In this document: positions 40,680 to 51,042 of the stretch, piece after piece
Layout: each line of letters starts with the position of its first letter
Numbering within the stretch: position 1 is the stretch's first letter
Assembly (NCBI RefSeq): GCF_014217805.1
Contig: NZ_CP055156.1
Location: forward strand, 1,802,585 to 1,866,584
Direction of reading: 5' to 3'
DNA from: Adhaeribacter swui
GTDB lineage: Bacteria > Bacteroidota > Bacteroidia > Cytophagales > Hymenobacteraceae
DNA length: 64,000 bases
The notes under the pieces: model-generated
What the model was told of the DNA's origin: nothing
Database searches by the model: none
Seen by the model: only the letters and a program-made list of their open reading frames with translations
Made by a program: the position numbers and the translations under genes

Positions 40680-42059
40680 TTAAAAAAACATCGTCTTATT
40701 CAACGCTACAACCGCCGCTTTAAAATCTTCGCGGGCCACTACAAACTGCACATTTACTTTCCGGAGCGAGAAGCCGGCACTCTTGATATTAATACTATTT
40801 TCGGCTAAAGCCCCGGCAGCTTTCGCCAATACCCCTGGCTGATCGATGTTGGAGCCAATCATGCACACAATGGCTACTTCTTCCACGGTTACTTCCTGGA
40901 ACTGGGTTTCCAAGGCTTGTTTTAAATCCGGTTTATAATCTTTGGCCCAGATAACCATAGAAATGCTGTTAGCGCTGGTAGCTTTAAAAATATAACTGAT
41001 GCCAAACTGCTGGAAAGCCTGCATCACGGCAAAGTCGGAACCTACGGTGCCCACCATTAAAGGATCGTAAATATCCAGGATAATCACTTTGTTGGTGCCG
41101 GTAATTACCTCTACGCGCTTGTTGGGCCACACGTAGTCGCGGGTAATTAAAGTGCCCGGATGGTCGGGTTCAAAGGTATTTTTAATGCGCAGATTAATGC
41201 CATTTATTTCCAAAGGTTTGCTGGCCTTCGGGTGAATAGCTTCCATGCCCACATCGGCTAGTTGGTCGGCCACATCGTAATTAGTATTTACTACCGGCAC
41301 GCAGTTTTCCAGGCCCACCAAAGCCGGGTCGGCGGAAGATAAGTGGTATTCTTTGTGAATAATGGCTTCCTGCGGTTTTAAGGCCACGGCTATTTTACAA
41401 AAGGTTACTTCGGAATAACCCCGGTCGAATTCCCGCATAATGCCTTCGGTGCCTTTGGTATAGCCAGTAACGATGGTAATGGTTTTTTCAAAATCAATGC
41501 CTTGCAGCGAATGCGCAATGCGCTCATCAATGGTATACGGCTCGTGGTCGTGGAACCCGCTTAAATCTACCAGAGTAGCGTTCACGCCCTGGTTCTGTAG
41601 GATATTCACAAAATTAAAAGCCGAATGCGCTTCGCCGATGGAGGCTAAAATCTCGCGGGCCGCTTGTAAAATGCTTTCGGCGCTTACGTAACCGGAGGCC
41701 AGCACATTAACTAGGTTTTCCAGGAATTGCTGTGCTTCGTGTAAACGCTGCCGGATAAAATTATTGGCTACTTCTACGTTTAGGCCCAGGTGCTCGTAGC
41801 TTTTATTAATTTCTTGTAGCTTTTCGGATACCAGGTTTAACGACTGGTGAAAATCTTTGTGCCCCACAATATGGTGGTAAACGCCGGGTTCACCGGTTTT
41901 TTTATTTTCGAGGAGCAAATTGGTAACTCCGGCAAAAGCCGATACCACAAATACCCGGTTGTAGAGCTGGTCACCGGTACGACCATGATAAATGATATTT
42001 TCTAAAACTTTGTCCAGCGCACTCATACTAGTGCCGCCAATTTTTTCAATAGTAAGCAT
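40680..42059 (-). CDS. lysC: aspartate kinase
   Basis: Start trimmed to MLTIEKIGGTSMS (KxGGTS signature); C-terminal tandem ACT domains. Confidence 0.85.
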   Translation of the reverse strand: MLTIEKIGGTSMSALDKVLENIIYHGRTGDQLYNRVFVVSAFAGVTNLLLENKKTGEPGVYHHIVGHKDFHQSLNLVSEKLQEINKSYEHLGLNVEVANNFIRQRLHEAQQFLENLVNVLASGYVSAESILQAAREILASIGEAHSAFNFVNILQNQGVNATLVDLSGFHDHEPYTIDERIAHSLQGIDFEKTITIVTGYTKGTEGIMREFDRGYSEVTFCKIAVALKPQEAIIHKEYHLSSADPALVGLENCVPVVNTNYDVADQLADVGMEAIHPKASKPLEINGINLRIKNTFEPDHPGTLITRDYVWPNKRVEVITGTNKVIILDIYDPLMVGTVGSDFAVMQAFQQFGISYIFKATSANSISMVIWAKDYKPDLKQALETQFQEVTVEEVAIVCMIGSNIDQPGVLAKAAGALAENSINIKSAGFSLRKVNVQFVVAREDFKAAVVALNKTMFF

Positions 42060-42540
42060 GTTTATTAAAGTGGATTCTATTTCCAGTTTTTGTTTTGTTC
42101 CGGCCAAAGCACCAGCCCATAATTCTTAATTACCTGCCCGGCTTACCGTTATTTTTTTAAATTTTTTACCTGCTGCGCCGTTGTAATAAGCTATTTTTTT
42201 AAAATTTCTGATTTTTAGATACCATCAGAAGCCAGCTGCGCTTTTATTTCAAACTTCAAACTTACTAAAATGAGAGTAAGCATGCCAAAATGAAGCAGTT
42301 ATTTTACCAGAAGTGGTAAATTTTTTCTAAGGTTACTTCTTTAAACCTGAGTGCAAAAACTTACCTACACCAACCATAATTAGCCGTATAAATCAAATTA
42401 GAAAAGTAATTTCTATCCCATTTCCCAGTTTATTACCGTCATTCTGAAAGAATAGCTCATTTTTGAATTTATTCTTTTCTTGTCTCGAACTCCCATTTTA
42501 CAAGCCGAGCAACGAACAACTAAAAACGAACAACTATCCA

Positions 42541-43884
42541 CTATAACTGGTATTCCTGAATTTTCCGGTAAAGCGTGGTTAAACCAATGTGCAGCAGACG
42601 AGCCGTTTCAGTTTTATTGCCGTGGGTTTGTTGCAGGATTTTAGCAATATGATTGCGTTCCACGGTACTCAGGGCAGTTTCGCTGATTTCAGAAGCTGGT
42701 AGCGGCGTGAACTGCTGAAACTCCGGGGGCAACAAGGGGAGAGTTAGCGTATCACTATCGGCCAGAATAACGGCGCGTTCTATCACATTTTTTAATTCGC
42801 GGATGTTGCCCTGCCAGGGATATTCCTGCAGCTTTTGCAGAAAAGCCGCATCCATTTTGTTAATACGTCGGGTTAGTTTAGCCGCGTAGCGGTTCATGAA
42901 AAAAGTAGCAATGTCCGGAATATCGGCTTTCCGGTCGCGGAGTGGGGGTACTGTAATTTTAAAACTAGACAGGCGGTAGTATAAATCCAGGCGAAAATGC
43001 CCGGCTTCGGCTTCTTGTTGCAGGTTCCGGTTAGTGGCCGCGATAATGCGCACATTTACTTGCACCGGCTTGGTATCGCCGATCTTGGTAAAAGTCTGGG
43101 ATTCCAGTACCCGCAGAAACTTCGCCTGCAATTCTAAAGGCAGTTAGCCGATTTCGTCTAAAAACAATGTGCCCCCGTGGGCTTCTTCAAACAAGCCTTT
43201 TTTATCGGTGAGCGCACCGGAAAAAGCGCCTTTGCGGTAGCCAAATATTTCGGATTCGAGTAAATCTTTCGGGAAAGCGCTGCAGTTTACCGCCACAAAG
43301 GGTTTTGTATTACGGCTACTGCCGCCATGGATGGCCTGGGCAAATAATTCTTTCCCGGAGCCGGTTTCGCCCTCTAATAAAACCGTGGAATTGGTAGGCG
43401 CTACCCGGCCGGCCAGGTCTTTAGCTTGTTTAATGGCCGCCGAATGCCCCAAAATGGCCTCAAAACTGTATTGTCGGCTCACCTGCTTTTCCAGCTCTAA
43501 TACGCGTTGCTGCAAAGCGGCTTTTTCCATGGCTCGGCTAACCAGCGGAATAATTTTATCGTTATCGTCGCCTTTAATTAAATAATCAAAAGCCCCGTTT
43601 TTCATGGCAGTTACCCCATCTGCAATAGTACCATACGCGGTGAGTACAATAATTTCGATGGCTGGGTAAAGTGCTTTTATTTTGGCGGTAAGTTCTATGC
43701 CGTTGCTATCCGGCAGTTTTACGTCGCTGAGGACCAATTGAATGGGTTCTTTTTCGAGTAAACGCAAACCGGCTTTGCCCGTGGGAGCTTCAAAAACCTG
43801 GTAGCCTTCTAAGCCAATAATGCGGGCCAGTAAACCGCGCAGCTTATCTTCGTCGTCGATAATTAATATATTTCCGTTGGTCAT
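42541..43884 (-). pseudogene. sigma-54-dependent Fis-family response regulator (NtrC-like) interrupted by an in-frame TAA
   Basis: 43144..43884 encodes REC + start of sigma-54 AAA domain (GETGSGKE Walker A, GAFSGA motif) ending ...[11 protein letters not shown]. The same frame continues LPLELQAKFLRVLESQ... (42541..43143) through the Fis HTH. The TAA occupies the position of the conserved Glu in DEIGELPLELQ, so it is a GAA-to-TAA change. Confidence 0.75.
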
Positions 43885-43910
43885 TTTTTAAATTTTTGCC
43901 CATTTGTTGC

Positions 43911-46900
43911 TTACCGGCGCGGTCGTACAATATGCCTTTCCTGGCGGATTAAGGTGCCGGTTCGGAGTGAGTCTTCCACCAGCAAATCTATCTGTTCCCG
44001 GAACTCATCGGTGAGCCGGGGAAAGCCGAACAGCTTACTGGTAGCAGGCGCAATGTCTTCAGCGTTGATGCCGTACGATTCGGTAATTACTTTTTGAATG
44101 ACCAGCTTTATTTCTTCCGGGGCAATTACATCCAGGTCCCGGGCAGACGCGGGTAATTGGCTGCGGTCGCGTGGTTCCGGTTGCTTCATGGAGGGAAGCC
44201 ATAAAAAATCACCTTGTCGCTGGTAAGCATTTTGTTGCAAGCCAAAATTGATGGCAGCTTCCAGGGCGGCTTTTATCCGGGGACCAACTTTAGGTACTTC
44301 GGCGGCTTCGGTTATCCGCCGGCTTACTTCCGTTACGTGTACCGGACTTTCTACCTGCACTACCTGCCACACCCACTGGGCCAAAGTAGCTACAGGTACT
44401 TCGGGTAAGGGCATATTTATATTTTTAATCGGAAGGTTAGCTACCTGGTACAGGGGCAAACCCGTTTTTTGCTCCGGGCTTGCAGCCGTATGCCGGCTAA
44501 CCAAGGCATCTTCTGGCTTTAATTTGGCCGACGAACCAGGCGTTTTAGACGCGGAAGATTTACCCATAGCTTGTTCTATGGCAGCTACTAGTCGGTTTAG
44601 TTCAGCTTCGGGGTTCCGGAACCAATCAGTGCTCCAGACGTGGTACAGATTCCAGCCCAAACTTTCCAGCACCGACTGACGTAAGCGGTCCCGGTCGCGG
44701 GCCGAGCGGGCACTGTAATACGTAGCGCCGTCGCATTCAATGCCGAGTACATATCTGCCCGGTTCCTGCGGGTCAACCACGGCAAAATCCACGTAAAATC
44801 CGGCGGAGCCTACTTTTGGTTTTAATTGATAACCTAATTTCGTCAAGGCCTGGTAAACGATTTCTTCGAAGGGCGCCGCCTCATCTTCTGATGCAATAAT
44901 GTTTTCCCCGGTTGTTAAATGGCCGTTCTGTGCGTAGGTTAAAAAAGTTTTAAAGGCTTGCACCCCGCGCGCAGGCGTGCGGTTTAAGTCAATATCGTCG
45001 GGAGATAGGTTGGTAAATATTTCACAGCGCAGGCGGGCGCGGGTAATAAGTACGTTTAAACGACGTTCGCCACCGGTGCTGTTTAAAGGGCCAAAGTTCA
45101 TGGTTAAGTTACCTTCGGCGGTGCGGCCGTAGCCGGTACTGATAAAAATTACATCGCGCTCATCGCCCTGCACGTTTTCTAAATTTTTTACAAAAAACGG
45201 TTCGTTGGGGTGGGCCTGAAAATAGGCTTCGGCTTCCGGATCGGTTTTGCGTAAGGTTTCGAGTTGGTTGATAATGGCCTGCATCTGCGCCATGCTGAAA
45301 GCAGCCACGCCTAAGGTTAGTTCGGGCATGGTGCGGGCGTGCTGCATAATAGCTTGAGCTACGGTTTCGGCTTCCTGCGGATTGGTGCGCGTTTTGCCGC
45401 GGTCGTAAAAGGTATGGGGCAGGTGATGGTAAATTAAACCAATTTCCTGGCGGCCCGCATCCGGGCTCGGGAAAATAACCAAGCGGTTTTCGTAAAATTC
45501 CTGGTTAGATACGGCAATCAGCGATTCGTGGCGGCTGCGGTAATGCCAGCGCAACATGCGCTGCGGAGCGCCCTGGGCCGCGAACAAACCCAGAATACTT
45601 TCTACATCCGTAGTAATATTTTCTTCTTCTACTTCTTCCTCGTTTACCAGCGAATCAAAGAAACTGGTGGGCGGCATTTGTTTGCTATCGCCCACTACCA
45701 CGGCTTGTTTAGCGCGCATAATAGCCCCAAACGCATCTACGGGCTTTACCTGACTGGCTTCGTCGAAAATAACCAAATCAAATTGCAAGCACTCGGGCGG
45801 AAGAAAGTTAGCAATGGAAAGCGGTCCCATCATAAATACCGGTTTTATCGCCTGAATGGCGTTCCCGGCTTTAGTCATTAGTTGCCGGATAGGTAAATGA
45901 CGCGCTTTTTTCTCAAATTCGCGACGCAGAATACCTAACTGGCCCCCGGCTTGGTGCTGGGGCAATCTTTGCCAATGCGCTAGCGCGAGCTTAGCCCGGT
46001 TATACGCCAGCATTAAAGCATCTAGTTCGTTAAATTTTAAGATTACCTCTTCGTGGCCAGCCCGTTGAAACTGCTGCAAAGCCGGGCGTTCGGCGTAGGC
46101 TTTTTCCAGCAACGCTTCGAGCCAGGTTTGTCGGAAAGCGGGGTACAGGTAAGCGCCAGCTTCCGGCCAGGTTAAGGTCTGGTTTACTATTTCTTGCAGG
46201 CCTTCTTGTTGTAAGCGAGTTGTTAAATTATTCCAGCTTACCAGCTGGTGCAACTCGGGTAAATGAGTTTGCCATTGTTCCAGTAAAGAAACCTGATTGG
46301 TGAATGGTAAGGCATCCAGATAATTTTCTTCACCAAAACGGAGAATTTCATCCAGTACCAGCAACTGTTTTACTTCGGCTAGGCGGGCGCGATGGTTTAA
46401 CAAATGTTGCTCCAGTTGCCGGGCGTGTGGTTGGAGAGAAGCTAAATTAGGCTCCCCGGCCAAATAATCGAGTAGGGTTGCCGGTACTGTCTGGTTGGTT
46501 ACATCCTGATGCCAATCGGTAAGCCAGTTTTTTAAAATATTTAGATGCGGCCAATCGGAGCGTTCCGCCCGCCATTGTTTCCCGAAAATGGTTTGCCCAA
46601 ATTCCTGATATTGCTGGATAACTTTTTGCTGCCGGTTAGCTTCCAGTATGGCATCGATTAATTTTAATTGTTCATTGGTACTCTCGGGCAAAACGGTTTT
46701 GCTCCAACCAGCTAGCTTTTTTTTGCTCCGGCGGTAAGCACTAGATAAGAAACGCCACCATTTCTCCCCGTAGGTCATTAAGTTCTCCCGCACTTCCAGC
46801 GCTTCGGTAGTAGCGTCCCAGGCTTCGGGCAGCAGCTTATCCTGGAATTGATCCTGGATAGTGGCGTAGGCTTTTCCGGCAGTTAGTAATTGTTCCAGCT

Positions 46901-48653
46901 CAGCTTGTTGGTGCAACCAGCTACTTGATTTTACCGCTACCCCAGCGTAATCAGGGCTATTTAGCAAACGATTTACCAGGGCACTTAAAGCCGTGGTTTC
47001 GGAGCGGTTAGTGGGCAATTCTACCGAAATAATTAAAGCTAATTGTTGCGCGGTTGGCTGCAGCACCATTATTGCCTGGCGGGCTGCAGTTAAAGCCTGC
47101 GCTATTTGGTTTTCTTCGGCGGGCAGTAATTGCTGGCGCTGGCTTCCCCAGAATAATAGTTTAGTAGGTTCGCCTGTTTGTTTTAAGCGGGCCTGTAATT
47201 CCTGAACCAACGCATCGCGCCGGCGAAATTCATCGCGCGACCAGTTCAATAGGGTTGGTAAAGCAAATCGGGGTAAGTCTGTCTGCGGGTACTGTTGCCG
47301 CAATTGCAGCAATTCGCCATATACATCGTACGTGGTTAAATCGCTTTGGGCAATGGGTTTGTTTACGGCTTCGCAGTAGCTGTTCAGGCGTTCGCGCAAT
47401 TGCAAGAGTAAGTTTAGTTCGCTTTCCTGTTCTTTCACCTTGGGCTTTCCTAAGTTCAGGGTACGGGCGAGTTCTTTGGTTACTTCTTTTTTATTTGTTT
47501 TATGGCTGTGCAATTCCAGACAGGCTTCACCCAAGCCAACTTTATCCAATCGGCGTTTTACCACTTCCAAAGCCGCCATTTTTTCGGCCACGAACAACAC
47601 CGTTTTGCCTTGCCCGATGGCTTCCGAAATAAGATTAGTAATGGTTTGCGATTTACCGGTACCAGGAGGGCCTTGAATAATTAAATTGCGACCTTGGTTT
47701 ACATCCAGAATGGCCAGCGTTTGCGACGAATCGGCATCTACAACCTGACGTACTTCGGTGGGGTTTAAATGCGGGTCGAGGTGGTCTTCGTCGGAGATGA
47801 GCGGAGCTGGTTCCTGAAAGCCGTTTTCGTGCAGCAAGGCTTGCAGCAAAGGGTGCCGCGCAGGACCTTTTTCATCAGACCAATTAGCGGCATCCAGGTC
47901 GTTGTACATCATAAATTTCCCGAAAGAGAAGAAGCCCAGCGCAATTGCCGTAGAATTAATCAGCCAACCTTTACGCCCCACAATTTCTTTCCAGACTTCA
48001 TCAAAATAACCGGTAACATCTACTTCTTCGGTATCAGGCAGTTCCGGAATATGAAGGTCAAAATCGGCTTTCATCTTGGCAATCAATGATAAATTTTCGC
48101 CTACTTCGCCGCCGGTATACCGCAATTGAAACCGCTCCCGCGCCGAGGATCGCACTAGTTCAACGGGTATTAATAAGAGCGGCGCCTGTCTTGCATCCTC
48201 GGTGTTGCTGGCTTCGTACCAAGTAAGCGTGCCTAGGGCCAGGTACAGTATATTTATGCCTTGTTCTTCCACAAACAGCCGGGAGGCATGATAGGTCTGC
48301 AATAGGCGGTTTTCCAGTTTGGCCGTGGTTTCGCGGGTTTGCAGCTTATTGTCGGTTTGGGCCGGGGTAATGGTTATCGTTTCGCCGGGGCTTTTTCTAT
48401 CTGCCAATGGGTTTTGGATGGTATCCAGGATGCTGTTGGCCGTTTTGCTATCCAGAGCCAGGAAGGTCATGGCTTTGCCTTCGGTCACCAGCAAGCGGTA
48501 CACTTCGGCGGGTACTTCGTTTACAATTTCTACTCCTTTGGCTTGCAAGGGCCGGTAGTTCAGGAGGGGATTACGTAAACTTAAATCGAGTAAATCGCGG
48601 CGCGAAGCTTCCAAACGGGTACTTACTTGGGATACGGCAGTCATGGGCAACAT
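43911..48653 (-). CDS. DUF4011-type large Upf1-like SF1 helicase with C-terminal DUF559/PD-(D/E)xK-like endonuclease and DUF3320-like tail
   Basis: 1580 aa. N-terminal LLDLSLRNPLLNYRP region (DUF4011-like). Helicase motif I IIQGPPGTGKSQTITNL, motif II VIFDEASQV, later motifs present. C-terminal GFYVDFAVVD...GIECDGATYYS...D..R...LGW..YHVW (Vsr/DUF559-like). Terminal ~200 aa DUF3320-like. Confidence 0.8.
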   Translation of the reverse strand: MLPMTAVSQVSTRLEASRRDLLDLSLRNPLLNYRPLQAKGVEIVNEVPAEVYRLLVTEGKAMTFLALDSKTANSILDTIQNPLADRKSPGETITITPAQTDNKLQTRETTAKLENRLLQTYHASRLFVEEQGINILYLALGTLTWYEASNTEDARQAPLLLIPVELVRSSARERFQLRYTGGEVGENLSLIAKMKADFDLHIPELPDTEEVDVTGYFDEVWKEIVGRKGWLINSTAIALGFFSFGKFMMYNDLDAANWSDEKGPARHPLLQALLHENGFQEPAPLISDEDHLDPHLNPTEVRQVVDADSSQTLAILDVNQGRNLIIQGPPGTGKSQTITNLISEAIGQGKTVLFVAEKMAALEVVKRRLDKVGLGEACLELHSHKTNKKEVTKELARTLNLGKPKVKEQESELNLLLQLRERLNSYCEAVNKPIAQSDLTTYDVYGELLQLRQQYPQTDLPRFALPTLLNWSRDEFRRRDALVQELQARLKQTGEPTKLLFWGSQRQQLLPAEENQIAQALTAARQAIMVLQPTAQQLALIISVELPTNRSETTALSALVNRLLNSPDYAGVAVKSSSWLHQQAELEQLLTAGKAYATIQDQFQDKLLPEAWDATTEALEVRENLMTYGEKWWRFLSSAYRRSKKKLAGWSKTVLPESTNEQLKLIDAILEANRQQKVIQQYQEFGQTIFGKQWRAERSDWPHLNILKNWLTDWHQDVTNQTVPATLLDYLAGEPNLASLQPHARQLEQHLLNHRARLAEVKQLLVLDEILRFGEENYLDALPFTNQVSLLEQWQTHLPELHQLVSWNNLTTRLQQEGLQEIVNQTLTWPEAGAYLYPAFRQTWLEALLEKAYAERPALQQFQRAGHEEVILKFNELDALMLAYNRAKLALAHWQRLPQHQAGGQLGILRREFEKKARHLPIRQLMTKAGNAIQAIKPVFMMGPLSIANFLPPECLQFDLVIFDEASQVKPVDAFGAIMRAKQAVVVGDSKQMPPTSFFDSLVNEEEVEEENITTDVESILGLFAAQGAPQRMLRWHYRSRHESLIAVSNQEFYENRLVIFPSPDAGRQEIGLIYHHLPHTFYDRGKTRTNPQEAETVAQAIMQHARTMPELTLGVAAFSMAQMQAIINQLETLRKTDPEAEAYFQAHPNEPFFVKNLENVQGDERDVIFISTGYGRTAEGNLTMNFGPLNSTGGERRLNVLITRARLRCEIFTNLSPDDIDLNRTPARGVQAFKTFLTYAQNGHLTTGENIIASEDEAAPFEEIVYQALTKLGYQLKPKVGSAGFYVDFAVVDPQEPGRYVLGIECDGATYYSARSARDRDRLRQSVLESLGWNLYHVWSTDWFRNPEAELNRLVAAIEQAMGKSSASKTPGSSAKLKPEDALVSRHTAASPEQKTGLPLYQVANLPIKNINMPLPEVPVATLAQWVWQVVQVESPVHVTEVSRRITEAAEVPKVGPRIKAALEAAINFGLQQNAYQRQGDFLWLPSMKQPEPRDRSQLPASARDLDVIAPEEIKLVIQKVITESYGINAEDIAPATSKLFGFPRLTDEFREQIDLLVEDSLRTGTLIRQERHIVRPRR

Positions 48654-48752
48654 TTCAGATTCTATGCGAATCTAAACGTTTTCCGGCAACAAAACCGGTA
48701 TTTTTCCGGAGCAGCCCTCCTGGTTTTCTTTTTGGCTAAACAGCCAAGTTTT

Positions 48753-48794
48753 TAGGGGCGCATATTTTTTAATTTTTTAAAAATCTGCGCCCCT
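48753..48794. promoter_or_regulatory. inverted repeat aggggcgca-N24-tgcgcccct enclosing the TTTTTTAATTTTTTAAAAA motif, upstream of helicase gene
   Basis: Perfect 9-bp arms around the AT motif, ~60-100 bp upstream of the 48653 start codon. Confidence 0.4.
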
Positions 48795-49052
48795 AAAAGG
48801 CTAAAAATATTTAATTCATTTACGATTATAAACTTAAGGCCAGCGCGAGCGCCCTCACTTGTGTCTAACCAGTGGTAAGCCTCTGGCCGGGCGAACAAAT
48901 AAACTTAAATTAAAAGTTAATCAGCAACTATTCCCAACCGGCTATAGACCAGACGATAAGCATCACGAGTGTGGACGCTTGCAACATAAAAAGAAATTAA
49001 CACCTCAGGTATATAACGCAGGTTGGTTTACTAGATTAAATGAAGTCGCGGT

Positions 49053-50084
49053 TTAGTGAATGGTTGCTAGGGCTCTTTCCAATACCCGGTCCTTGCCGCC
49101 AAGTACTTCGGCTTTGGTGTTTTTTACCAGGACATCCGGAGCAATACCGATTCCTTCGTAGCTTTTACCATCGGCGGGCCTAATGTCGTTTACACTGATG
49201 GTGTAGTACCAGCCGTTCGGTAGCTCGCGGCGGGCTTGGTCGGAGTAGCAACCCAAGGTAGTATCGCCAATTTGCACAAAGGGTTTTCCGGCTTTTAAAG
49301 CCCACAGCAGAATTTCTCCGGAACTGGCTGTCCAGCGGTTGGTTAATACTACTAGTGGCTTGGTGTACTGGCTTTTGCCTTCGGGTTGTACGTACCATTT
49401 TACCGGAGCTGTAAAGTCGGTATGATTAGGGCCGTTGCGTTTGCGCGAGGTCATAAAAAAGTTTTTTGAGGTAGCAAACCGGCCGGCAATATAGGCACTA
49501 CTTTTATCGTAACCGCCCTCAAAATCGCGCAGATCCAGTACTAAACCGTCGGTATTTTTCATATAATCTAATAGGGTATCCATGGCTTTAGCGTAGTACT
49601 TTTCATCTAACCCGGAATCACGCAAATGGATATAACCTAGCTCGGGGGAGAGTTTGCCGTAAGTAATGGATTGGCTGTAATCTTTTACTTCGGTGAGATA
49701 CTGATCTTTTACTACCTGCAACGAGAAATCGTCGTGCTGTAATTGGCTTACAATGCCCCCATCGTAGCGCATGGGGTTTGGGCCCGGCGCCATTATGGTA
49801 AGATGGCCGTCGTTAAAATGCGCCAACATATCCGAGAAAATTTTAAATAATTCGGCATCGGTGGTAGTGGGTTTTACCTGCGGGCGGTACTGTTGATAAA
49901 GTGCGTTCCAGTCTACGTTTTTAACCGAGATAAAAGCCGATAAGCGGTCGTACTCGTGCCACAAAGTTTCAAAATTTTGCTCCGGGTTATTAGGGGTAGT
50001 TGGTCCCACCAGCGTTTCTTCGCAAGCGGTTAGATTGAGAAGCAGAATTAAAAATAGCAGCGGTTTTATGATTAAATTTTTCAT
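49053..50084 (-). CDS. S41 family peptidase (C-terminal processing/tail-specific protease-like), lipoprotein
   Basis: Start trimmed to MKNLIIKPLLFLILLLNLTAC (lipobox). The longer track ORF would overlap the upstream gene. S41 core LVVLTNRWTASSGEILLWALK. Confidence 0.75.
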   Translation of the reverse strand: MKNLIIKPLLFLILLLNLTACEETLVGPTTPNNPEQNFETLWHEYDRLSAFISVKNVDWNALYQQYRPQVKPTTTDAELFKIFSDMLAHFNDGHLTIMAPGPNPMRYDGGIVSQLQHDDFSLQVVKDQYLTEVKDYSQSITYGKLSPELGYIHLRDSGLDEKYYAKAMDTLLDYMKNTDGLVLDLRDFEGGYDKSSAYIAGRFATSKNFFMTSRKRNGPNHTDFTAPVKWYVQPEGKSQYTKPLVVLTNRWTASSGEILLWALKAGKPFVQIGDTTLGCYSDQARRELPNGWYYTISVNDIRPADGKSYEGIGIAPDVLVKNTKAEVLGGKDRVLERALATIH

Positions 50085-50101
50085 GTTTAACAGATAGTGA
50101 C

Positions 50102-50935
50102 TTAAAACAGGTAATTGCATTGTAGATGGGCGGCATGGGAATAAGCCGTAATAGCTTGCGGATTCTGGGCGTGCAGCCATTGAAAGTCGTAAGCAACTCC
50201 TGTTTGCCAATGGCGGCCCAACCGGTACTGATAAGCTGCTCCTAATGAAATTTTTTGAAATTCATGGATAAAAGCCAGGTTCGTGCCTTCTTTAAAAAAA
50301 GCGCGGAAATTGCTGTGCTCCGGGTCCGAAATAACGTTGCTGTAAGGCAACCGCGAAACCAGGGCTACTACCGGCATGGCTCCTTTAAACTGAATTTGCT
50401 GTTTGGCGTTGAGCTTTTTTTCGTATTGAACAGCAGCATTCAGGGTAGCAAAACTGTTGGCCCAGGTACTCCACATGCCAATGTTGTCGGAGTAACCCAA
50501 CCATTCTTGCAAGACAATACCCGCAAACATTTCTTTGGTGCCGCCAGTCCGGAGCTTTCGTAAGTACCCCGCTTCTAATTGTCCGAGGTACAGGGTAGGA
50601 GCATGCACAAACTGGCTCGACGTAGTTTCGCCGGAGAAGTTGGTGCTGGTAAAAGTGTACGTACGGGCACCCAATCCTTTCGGCAAGGCAGTTCCGGTTT
50701 GCGCCTGCACATTTACAAACGACCGGGATTTGATACCAGCGTGTTCATAACCAATGCTTACCCCGTTTAAATTGGCCTGGTAGATATTAGGGGAGGCTTG
50801 CTTATCCAGGAAGTGGAAACTGCTGCGTTTATAAGCCAAGGTAAGTTTCGATAATTTCAGGTCCTGAGCCTGAGTTTTTACGCTGCAGCACAACCATACT
50901 AGGGCGGCAAAAGCAGTAATATAAATTTGTTTCAT
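50102..50935 (-). CDS. hypothetical secreted/outer-membrane beta-barrel-like protein
   Basis: Signal peptide; alternating amphipathic beta-strand pattern; terminal aromatic residue (..CNYLF). Confidence 0.5.
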   Translation of the reverse strand: MKQIYITAFAALVWLCCSVKTQAQDLKLSKLTLAYKRSSFHFLDKQASPNIYQANLNGVSIGYEHAGIKSRSFVNVQAQTGTALPKGLGARTYTFTSTNFSGETTSSQFVHAPTLYLGQLEAGYLRKLRTGGTKEMFAGIVLQEWLGYSDNIGMWSTWANSFATLNAAVQYEKKLNAKQQIQFKGAMPVVALVSRLPYSNVISDPEHSNFRAFFKEGTNLAFIHEFQKISLGAAYQYRLGRHWQTGVAYDFQWLHAQNPQAITAYSHAAHLQCNYLF

Positions 50936-51042
50936 GTAGGTTAATGATTAGGCAATAAGATACCAGCCTGGCTGGAAGCCAGATTTTTAAAAATTTTAAA
51001 AAATGAGAGTTGATTTAGCCTGGAGAACCCAGGCTGGGAGGT

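Noticed and set aside
48859-49056. 65-aa ORF in intergenic region upstream of S41 peptidase
   Set aside because: No RBS or start context and a basic low-complexity peptide; likely a chance ORF in a long intergenic region.
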